Of a stretch of 64,000 nucleotides of DNA, positions 56,232 to 64,000 are shown in pieces. This DNA is from a virus, in IMG/VR virus record IMGVR_UViG_3300038309_000252, positions 68,601-132,600 of that record. One strand, given 5' to 3'. The translations under genes were made by a program, and so were the position numbers. The notes under the pieces are model-generated. The model saw nothing but the letters and a program-made list of their open reading frames with translations. It made no database searches and was not told the DNA's origin. How positions within the stretch are numbered: the first letter of the stretch is position 1; the number at the start of each line of letters is the position of its first letter.

Positions 56232-57392
56232 ATGGCAGATTCACCATCATCTCAAAATAGTAATTTAGAAACAGGACAGTCAAAACCAACTAATTCTTCA
56301 CAGCAAGCTCCAACTACTAATAATACTGTTCCATTACCTAAAGATTTTGAAACTAGTTCTGTAGTTTATCCATCTGATTTATTATCTTCTGATTCCAGAT
56401 ATGGTGGAAATTATGTAATGTTTAATATTAGTGTACATCAAGATTCATATTTAATGAAAAATGGTAAGGAACCAACTGTAGCATCTTCTGCTGCTGTGAC
56501 AAGAACAAATTATACAGAACAATATGATCAAAAAGCTATAGGAGCTGCTTCTGGTACTACTGCGTTTTTCGGTGGTGCTGGTGTCAGTTCAATGATATCT
56601 AGTCTTGATAAGAAAAGAGCATTACATGTAACATCTTTGTTATCTGTAGGAGCAGGAGTAGTTACTGCATCGATAGCAGGAGCAAAGTATAAAACATTGC
56701 AGAAAGCAATTTGCTTATATATGCCCAATTCATTAGACGTTAAATATGGGATTGAATGGGGAGAAACAAACCTTAATCCTATGGTTATGCTTGCATTAGG
56801 ATTAAGCAAACTATCAGGTTTTGATACTGTTATTAATAATAATATTGAAATGGCAAATAATCTATGGAATGGTGATAATATTGCTAAAGGTACAGTAGAA
56901 GTTGATCCAAATGTTGCTGGATTGAAAACTATGATGCAAAATCTTGTATTGAAAGTTCCAGGTTCAGGTGATATGACTAGTATTTCATCTGGTCGTGCTG
57001 CCAATCCAATGGCAGAACAAATATTCAAAGATGTTAATTTTAGATCATTTTCCTTTTCCTATAAGTTTTTTCCAAAAAATCAAAATGAATTAAATACTGT
57101 TCTTGATATCATAAAAACTTTTAAATTTCATATGCATCCAGAATATCCAGATCCTAGCGCTTATGTTTACATTTATCCATCTATTTTTGATATTAAATAT
57201 TATCATAATGGTGAAGAAAATACTGCTTTATTCAAACATACAACAGCAGCATTAGATAATATGACAGTAAATTACACACCACAAGATTCTTATACTTCTT
57301 TTGCAAATGGAGCTCCTTCACAAATTAGTATAGAATTATCATTTAGAGAATTAGTAACTCTAACTAAATCTGATATTGAAAGTGGATTCTAA
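56232..57392 (+). CDS. 48: baseplate tail-tube cap gp48
   Basis: YP.D, LYMP, NP..EQIF, RSFSFSYKFFPKN, FRE. Confidence 0.85.
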   Translation: MADSPSSQNSNLETGQSKPTNSSQQAPTTNNTVPLPKDFETSSVVYPSDLLSSDSRYGGNYVMFNISVHQDSYLMKNGKEPTVASSAAVTRTNYTEQYDQKAIGAASGTTAFFGGAGVSSMISSLDKKRALHVTSLLSVGAGVVTASIAGAKYKTLQKAICLYMPNSLDVKYGIEWGETNLNPMVMLALGLSKLSGFDTVINNNIEMANNLWNGDNIAKGTVEVDPNVAGLKTMMQNLVLKVPGSGDMTSISSGRAANPMAEQIFKDVNFRSFSFSYKFFPKNQNELNTVLDIIKTFKFHMHPEYPDPSAYVYIYPSIFDIKYYHNGEENTALFKHTTAALDNMTVNYTPQDSYTSFANGAPSQISIELSFRELVTLTKSDIESGF

Positions 57393-57394
57393 TT

Positions 57395-57886
57395 ATGTAT
57401 TTTGAAAAGTTTCCAATAATTACTTACCCATTTTTAATTGATGGTAAAGAGGTTTATAAACCAATTATTGATATAACATCTAATGCCAGAGTTAGATCAC
57501 AAATATTGAATAACATTACATTATTTGATCCATATGATATAAGAGATGGTGATACTCCAGAATTAATTTCATATAGATTTTACAAAACTACACAGTATCA
57601 TTGGATTATAATGCTGACCAATAATTATTATGATTATCTTAATGATTTTCCAATGCATTCAAATGTTTTAGATGAATATATCAAATCTAAATATTCTATG
57701 GACCAGATTGGTGATCCACACCATTGGGAAAAAGATGGATTAGTTGTTGATCCATATACATTAGATTCTTATCCTGTTTCTAATTTTGATTATGAAGTAC
57801 GTAAAAATGACTTAAAAAGAAGAATACGAGTAATTAAATCAAACCTAATTCAAGCTGTTGTCCATGACTTAATAAAATTAATTTAA
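57395..57886 (+). CDS. 53: baseplate wedge protein gp53
   Basis: YFEKFP, IRDGDTPELIS..Y, HWIIM..N, NFDYE...ND.KRRI. Confidence 0.9.
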   Translation: MYFEKFPIITYPFLIDGKEVYKPIIDITSNARVRSQILNNITLFDPYDIRDGDTPELISYRFYKTTQYHWIIMLTNNYYDYLNDFPMHSNVLDEYIKSKYSMDQIGDPHHWEKDGLVVDPYTLDSYPVSNFDYEVRKNDLKRRIRVIKSNLIQAVVHDLIKLI

Positions 57887-57887
57887 C

Positions 57888-59180
57888 ATGCCAGAAGAAA
57901 ATACTCAATCAAATAGTACTACTAGTAATCCAGAAAATCTAGGTTTTGCTGGTGATGTTAGAGTTAATCAAATAACTTTAATTTCAGCAAATGGTGGTGT
58001 TCAAGATATTACTCTTCAAGTGATGCAAATAGAAATATTCGAAGATATATTTGCGCCATTTTTAACTGGATCACTTATTGTTAAAGATTCTCAAGAAATA
58101 GCTCACCTTCTTCCATTAATAGGTGAAGAATATATATCGATACATATTCATACTCCATCAATGGAGGAAATGTTAGATTTTAAACTCCAATGCCTAATTT
58201 ATAAATTAGATAATAAAGTAAAAACAGCGGAAAGAGAAATTGCTTATAAACTATACTTTATTTCAAAAGAAGCTGTTGTTGATATAAACACAAAAGTATC
58301 TAGAGGTTTCAAAGGTCTAATTCATCAAATTGTGGAAGAAATATTCAAAGAGATACTTTTTGTTGAAAAAGATTATATTATTGAAGAAGCTCAAAACAAT
58401 ATTAGATTTATTTCAAACTATTGGAAACCGACAAAATGTCTGGAATGGTGCGCAGATCACGCTGTGAATCTCCAAGGAAGTCCATCATTCTTATTTTGGG
58501 AAACTGGAGATGGATTTCAATTTAGAACATTATTGAGTCTTTATCAAAATGCACCATTATATCAAAGATTTGTATGGGATAATTATTCTGGTGAAATCTT
58601 TGAAACTGGTGGTTCAACAATGGATATTGGAAAAAATTATCAAAGAATTCAAGAATTATATTATCCAACAACATTTGATTATTTCAAACGTCTTAGATCT
58701 GGTTTATATGGTTCACAAATTATTTATTATGATCTTTTTGCCCATCAATATGTTCATACAGCTTATGTTCCAACTTGGAACGAAAAAGAAGGTCTAAACC
58801 CTAATCCAGTATGGACATCAAATGTAACATTTAATACTAAAGCACTAATTCTCCATGAACATCAATATAGATCAGTTTTTAATGGTTATGATGATGTTTC
58901 CAACACAAAATTCAAACAGCAAAGATTATCACTCCTCGCTCAGGCAGAAGATTATAAGATTAATATTACTGTATTGGGAAGATGTGATTATCATGCTGGG
59001 CAAAAGGTATATGTTGAAATACCTCAAAATAAACAAATAAAGAAAGAAACACAAGAAAAAAATGATCTTTTGGCATCAGGAAATTATATTATAGGTGCTA
59101 TTTGCCACACAATTACCCATGTAAAACATACTTGTACTATGGAATTGATTAAAGACTCATACATTAAAGGTTTAGGTTAA
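57888..59180 (+). CDS. baseplate hub protein (gp27-like)
   Basis: Lies between gp53 and gp5; IFEDI, FLFWET, SGNYII.AI.H, KDS. Confidence 0.7.
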   Translation: MPEENTQSNSTTSNPENLGFAGDVRVNQITLISANGGVQDITLQVMQIEIFEDIFAPFLTGSLIVKDSQEIAHLLPLIGEEYISIHIHTPSMEEMLDFKLQCLIYKLDNKVKTAEREIAYKLYFISKEAVVDINTKVSRGFKGLIHQIVEEIFKEILFVEKDYIIEEAQNNIRFISNYWKPTKCLEWCADHAVNLQGSPSFLFWETGDGFQFRTLLSLYQNAPLYQRFVWDNYSGEIFETGGSTMDIGKNYQRIQELYYPTTFDYFKRLRSGLYGSQIIYYDLFAHQYVHTAYVPTWNEKEGLNPNPVWTSNVTFNTKALILHEHQYRSVFNGYDDVSNTKFKQQRLSLLAQAEDYKINITVLGRCDYHAGQKVYVEIPQNKQIKKETQEKNDLLASGNYIIGAICHTITHVKHTCTMELIKDSYIKGLG

Positions 59181-62100
59181 TGAATAATTCAGGGCAATTT
59201 TTTATTGGAGTAGTAGAAGATAGATTTGATCCTTTACAAGCTGGACGTGTAAGAGTACGTGTTGTTGGATTACATTATCATGAAAAGGAAATTCTTCCAA
59301 CAGAAGATTTACCCTGGGCATTAGTAATGCAACCTATTACTACAGGAACTACAATATCTGCTGTTGGTCCAGCAGAAGGTACAACAGTAATTGTTATTTT
59401 TGAAGATTACCCTGATTGTCAATACCCAATTGTTATTGGTGCAATTGCTGGTGTTCCACAAGGTGATGCTGTAAATATTGATAAGTTTGAAGCACCACCA
59501 GTGTGGAAAGATAATATAACACCACAAGGACGTCCATTACCAAATAATGAAGATACTGCAAGCGGTGGTATTAGCGCTGGTCCAATTCCTGAAGAATCAA
59601 GTTCTTCATCTTCAACACAACAAGAAGCACCAAATACAGATTCATTATATGGAACTTCTGTAACGCAATTACAATCACCATCAGGATCTACAACTTCAAC
59701 AGCGCCAACTGGTGGTGTCAATTCTGCTGGATCAGGTAACACTAATTCTCCTAAAAATACTTCAAGTACTACAACTTCAAATGGAGTAAATAATAATACT
59801 CCTAGTACTAGCTCCAATACATTCAGTAGTATTCCAGCATTATCATCTATTGTTGAGTCTTCCTTTGCCAAGTATCCAGAAACAACACATCAATTAATGT
59901 CTGCAATTATTGAACCTGGAGTACAGGTTAATAAAGCAATTGGTGGTATTGTTGAAGAATTGCAACAACTTGGTTCTGAATTAACACCAGCATTGAATGA
60001 GTTTACAAATTCTGTAGAAGAACTTGGTAATATTGATGATGCTATTAATCAATTCAAACAAACTGCTTCACAGATAAGTGAATTTGGTAATGCAATTTCA
60101 GAAGCATTTAATGGATTTACTTCTTTAGATAAAGTTGCGCAATCATTTGGTCTAGATTTAGGTGCTATTCAAGATTCTGTATCAGAAATTATTTCACCTA
60201 TTTCAAGTATTGGTAATCAAGCATCTTCAGCTTTATCTTCAATTACTGGATCTATTTCAAGTATTGGTAATCAAGCATCTTCAGCTTTATCTTCAATTAC
60301 TGGACCTATTTCAAGTGTTGCTGATCAATTATCATCTTCTACTAGTGCATTGAATGATAGTATATCTTCTATTTCTGACCTTATAGAAAATTCAAGCGAT
60401 TCAATCAATAAAATATCATCTTCACTAGGAAACCTTGGAATCAATGCTGGATTAGGAAGTGTCACCAATGCTTCTACTGCTTTAAGTTCTTTAAGTGCAT
60501 TTGGTATTGATACTTCATCTATTAATAAGATTCAATCACAAATTAATAATGTAACTAATACAGTTAATACAGTATCAAATGCAGTCAATTCATTACCAAC
60601 AGTAATTAATGATCTTCAAGATATTAAAGCATTATCAGATGTTTCAAATGCTCTTGATAATGTTTTTGGTTCTGTTTCATCTGTTTCAAATGTTGTAGAT
60701 TCTCTAGGTAAAATAGGTGGATTGTTTGGAGATTCTTTATCATCATTATCTAAGTCTGTTAATGACGTCATATCAAAACTTAGCGAACCACCAATTGTTG
60801 CAACAACAGTTAATGGATTGTATGCATCATCAATGGCAACACCATCTAATATTGGTAATATCAATGTAACAGTTCAAAAACCACCATCACAATGTGTTAT
60901 AAAAGATTTTCAACAAGTAATTGAAGGCAAAACACCTCCTATTAATGGTGCATTTGGTGGTCCAAACTTTGGTGGTCATCAACCTATTATAGCTAAACCA
61001 AAACCAACACAAGTATTAGATGAAAGAATAGAAAAAGGAACAGATAATAATCACAAACCATTAAACACTTCACCACCACCAAGTTTTGAATCTTCTGCAG
61101 AAAATATTCAATTATTATTATCTGCATGTCAAAAACATGGTTTAACAACAAAAGAGCAACAAGCAGCATTTTTAGGAATTATTGGAGGTGAATCATACTG
61201 GAAATGTGTTGAAGAAGACTGCTATTATTCATCTACCGATCATCTAGTTAAGACTTTTGCTTCAACATTCAAAGGAAAACCAACTCTTGCTAAGAAATAT
61301 ACAGCATGGAAAGGATCAAAAAAAGAATTCTTTGATATTGTTTATGATCCAGCAAATAATGGAAGTTTAGTTGGGAATAAACAACCAGGTGATGGTGGAA
61401 AATATTATGGCAGAGGATTTTTGCAAATTACTGGAAAACGACTATATGAAAGATTTGCTTTATTGACAGGAAAACCATTAGATAAACAACCAGAATTAGC
61501 TTTAGATCCTGAATTATCAGCAGAAATAGCTGTTTTATATTTTATGGAAAACGTCAAAAATGTTAATCCATCAGCACATCCTGGTTATTTTCTAGCAGCT
61601 ATAAGAGCAGTTGGTAATAATTCTGAAGCTAATTTCGAAAAGAAAAAACAATTTTACGAGCATTTCTATAATGGAAAATGTCCTGATTCATATGGTGCGT
61701 CATCAAGAACTGCTGGTAGTCATATAATTCCATCGTCTTATGATGGTTCAATGCAAAGCAATATAAGATTTAATCCAAATTGGGGATTTCAGGATCCTAA
61801 TGGGAAATATCCATTAAATCAAGTAATAAATGAACCTCATATTAATAGAATGGCAAGAAGCTCTGTTAGAAACACTATTGTTCTGGATAAACAAAATAAT
61901 AGAGTTTTAGGTATTCCTACAGCATTTGGTGGAACATGGGATCAACCAGAAGTTCCATATGCTGCGCAATATCCTTATAATCATGTAAGAGAAACAGAAT
62001 CAGGTCATGTTCAAGAGTTTGATGACACACCTGGATATGAAAGAATCCATACAATGCATAGAACTGGAACTTTTGAAGAAATTGATCCAGAAGGTTCAAA

Positions 62101-63718
62101 AGTAACAAGAGTTGTTGGTGACAAATATGAAATCCTTGATAGAAACGGGTTTATTTCTATCCTTGGAGAAGCTAATGTCACAGTTTCTGGTCAAATCAAT
62201 GTTTTATGTCAATCAGATGCACATATAGAAGTTGCTGGTTCATCACATTTAAGATTTGGTGGTAATCTTAATATTGGTGTTGCTGATGATTTGAATATTG
62301 CTGTGCAAGGAAATACTTCTATTTGGTCAAATGGAAATATGAACCTTCAAGCAAAAGGTAAAGGGCATATTAGAACTAATGATAACATGTTCATTTCATC
62401 TAGCGCAGAATTGCATACTTATTCTGAAAAGAATACTTTTATTGCAGCAAATATGGATATCCATTCTTATTCAAAATTAAATACAGTATTCTATGCAGGA
62501 CAGTCATTAACATCATATTCTGTATCAAATACTCTTATTAATTCAAATGCGAATATTGAAACTAAGTCTACTGCTGATACAAAAATGCAAGCTGATGGAA
62601 ATTACCATACCTTAGCAAAAGGAACATTGAATACACAATCACAAGGTGCATTAAGTATTAAATCTGGTGGTGACATTGGTATAGATGGTTCAAAGGTTCA
62701 ATTAAACTCTGGTACCGCTACAGACGCAGAAGAAGCATCTAATGTTGCCTCACAGAATCAAGTAATCGAAAAAGCATCAGAAGAAATTATTGATCAACAA
62801 CAACCTCCACCACCACCAGAATCTAGTAGTGGTGCTTCTGGAGGTTCTGAGAGTTCTGAAGAACCTCCTCCATTTGTTTTGAAAGCATCAAAAGCTATTG
62901 TTTATGGTATGGTTCCACCACCACATGGAATGACATTGAATAGAAAAATGGATCCATTAGTTGCACCACCAAGACATGGTGAAGAAAATTACTTATATGA
63001 AAAACTTGATGATGATGAACCAGAACATCCAGTAGCTAAAAAACATGTTGATAAAAGTAATAGACAAAATAAAAAGTCAAATACTAACGTGGGAGAATCT
63101 GTTGGTCCATCAGGAAGTGGTACAGGAAATATTAAACAATCTCCAAATAAATCTGCAATTGTTTCTGGTACTAATGCTAGCTTTAACCGAAGCTATAGAC
63201 TATCAAAACGGTTTACCCTAGGAATGTTAATTACTAGTTCGAAACATGTTTTAGAAAGTCAACATGGTGTCTCTGTAAGGCAAATTGTTGCTAATTTAGC
63301 AACTATTAGTGAAAATATTCTAGAGGTTTATGGTGAAATATTTCCTGGAGGATTTCAAGGATATGGCAAATCATGGGTAATCACTTCTGGTTATAGATTA
63401 CAAAAAGCGTCAGGAAAGAATTCTGCAAAAAATTCAGATCATTATCTTGGAAGAGCGTGTGATATAGCATTACGTGGTGTTAGTGGTATGACTAAAAATA
63501 AAAAAACGTTTGAATTAATCCAACAAATACCAAAACATATTCCAAGCTGGGATCAATTGATTATTGAATATAATGTAGGTGGTCAATGTTGGATTCATAC
63601 AGGGTTTAGAGGAACTAGTACAGATGATACCTATGGTTCAGGTGTAGATAGAAAACAATGTTTTACATTAAAAAATCATATAACAAAATATGAGAAATGG
63701 TTACTACTATCTTCATAA
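59180..63718 (+). CDS. 5: central spike gp5 with GH19 domain and C-terminal M15 peptidase
   Basis: OB fold GVVEDRFDP..GRVRVR; GH19 YYGRGFLQITG; YPYNHVRETESGH beta-helix; TSGYR, SDH.LGRACDI, WIH. Confidence 0.9.
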   Translation: MNNSGQFFIGVVEDRFDPLQAGRVRVRVVGLHYHEKEILPTEDLPWALVMQPITTGTTISAVGPAEGTTVIVIFEDYPDCQYPIVIGAIAGVPQGDAVNIDKFEAPPVWKDNITPQGRPLPNNEDTASGGISAGPIPEESSSSSSTQQEAPNTDSLYGTSVTQLQSPSGSTTSTAPTGGVNSAGSGNTNSPKNTSSTTTSNGVNNNTPSTSSNTFSSIPALSSIVESSFAKYPETTHQLMSAIIEPGVQVNKAIGGIVEELQQLGSELTPALNEFTNSVEELGNIDDAINQFKQTASQISEFGNAISEAFNGFTSLDKVAQSFGLDLGAIQDSVSEIISPISSIGNQASSALSSITGSISSIGNQASSALSSITGPISSVADQLSSSTSALNDSISSISDLIENSSDSINKISSSLGNLGINAGLGSVTNASTALSSLSAFGIDTSSINKIQSQINNVTNTVNTVSNAVNSLPTVINDLQDIKALSDVSNALDNVFGSVSSVSNVVDSLGKIGGLFGDSLSSLSKSVNDVISKLSEPPIVATTVNGLYASSMATPSNIGNINVTVQKPPSQCVIKDFQQVIEGKTPPINGAFGGPNFGGHQPIIAKPKPTQVLDERIEKGTDNNHKPLNTSPPPSFESSAENIQLLLSACQKHGLTTKEQQAAFLGIIGGESYWKCVEEDCYYSSTDHLVKTFASTFKGKPTLAKKYTAWKGSKKEFFDIVYDPANNGSLVGNKQPGDGGKYYGRGFLQITGKRLYERFALLTGKPLDKQPELALDPELSAEIAVLYFMENVKNVNPSAHPGYFLAAIRAVGNNSEANFEKKKQFYEHFYNGKCPDSYGASSRTAGSHIIPSSYDGSMQSNIRFNPNWGFQDPNGKYPLNQVINEPHINRMARSSVRNTIVLDKQNNRVLGIPTAFGGTWDQPEVPYAAQYPYNHVRETESGHVQEFDDTPGYERIHTMHRTGTFEEIDPEGSKVTRVVGDKYEILDRNGFISILGEANVTVSGQINVLCQSDAHIEVAGSSHLRFGGNLNIGVADDLNIAVQGNTSIWSNGNMNLQAKGKGHIRTNDNMFISSSAELHTYSEKNTFIAANMDIHSYSKLNTVFYAGQSLTSYSVSNTLINSNANIETKSTADTKMQADGNYHTLAKGTLNTQSQGALSIKSGGDIGIDGSKVQLNSGTATDAEEASNVASQNQVIEKASEEIIDQQQPPPPPESSSGASGGSESSEEPPPFVLKASKAIVYGMVPPPHGMTLNRKMDPLVAPPRHGEENYLYEKLDDDEPEHPVAKKHVDKSNRQNKKSNTNVGESVGPSGSGTGNIKQSPNKSAIVSGTNASFNRSYRLSKRFTLGMLITSSKHVLESQHGVSVRQIVANLATISENILEVYGEIFPGGFQGYGKSWVITSGYRLQKASGKNSAKNSDHYLGRACDIALRGVSGMTKNKKTFELIQQIPKHIPSWDQLIIEYNVGGQCWIHTGFRGTSTDDTYGSGVDRKQCFTLKNHITKYEKWLLLSS
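60198..60320 (+). repeat. 54-bp coding tandem repeat in gp5
   Basis: ISSIGNQASSALSSITG twice. Confidence 0.85.
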
Positions 63719-63730
63719 TCCTGTATACAG

Positions 63731-64000
63731 TTGACTTTTGTCCAAAAATATGGTATAATAAATGTGTTCTTTAAGGAACAAAAAAACTTTAACGATCTAG
63801 AACATTAAATTAACATTAAATTAACCTAGATCAATAAAACAAGAAACATTATACCATAAAAGGTAACCTTAAACAGCAAATGATCTAGAACAATAAAACA
63901 AGAAACCTTAAACAACAAATTAACCTGGATCAACCTGGTTCAATAAAACAAGAAACATTAAACAACAAATGATCTAGAACAACAAATTAACCCTGGATCA
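63731..64000 (+). repeat. promoter + G-poor repeat element, copy 2 (runs off the window)
   Basis: Same promoter and leader as 34820, with reshuffled units. Confidence 0.85.

Noticed and set aside
1-64000. Stop-codon reassignment or prophage status
   Set aside because: Core genes are full length in the standard code; no suppressor tRNA, integrase or host flank is seen.

Overview
A 64-kb, AT-rich segment of a lytic T4-like myophage. The host is probably a Gram-negative proteobacterium, judging by the spanins and a type IVa pilin. The window contains the T4 replication block (gp45-44-62-regA-43-uvsX-40-41, plus gp32, gp33, gp61), nucleotide metabolism genes (dNMP kinase, dUTPase/dCTP deaminase, thyX, nrdA, intein-split nrdB), a 7-deazaguanine DNA-modification set (dpdA-like, queE, queD, folE), lysis genes and baseplate/tail genes (gp29-like, 51, 26, 16, 54, 2, 4, 48, 53, 27-like, 5). 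A visibly more GC-rich early island (~35.4-47.3 kb) is built from repeated stem-loop + sigma70 promoter cassettes that fire outward from a non-coding centre at ~38.2 kb. It carries tRNA-Leu, paralogous small proteins, acidic mini-proteins and a phage-encoded type IV pilin. Other notable features: (1) three enzyme-like genes (nuclease-like, ligase-like KxDG, HxGH nucleotidyltransferase) with T4 capsid-targeting or prohead-protease-type signals; (2) a peptidase-M15 lysin with a GH19 domain nested inside it, paralogous to the GH19 of a gp5 that also ends in an M15 peptidase; (3) a probable -1 frameshift joining gp26 to gp51; (4) two copies of a promoter + G-poor repeat element that resemble origins. 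All calls come from reading motifs by eye; no searches were run.
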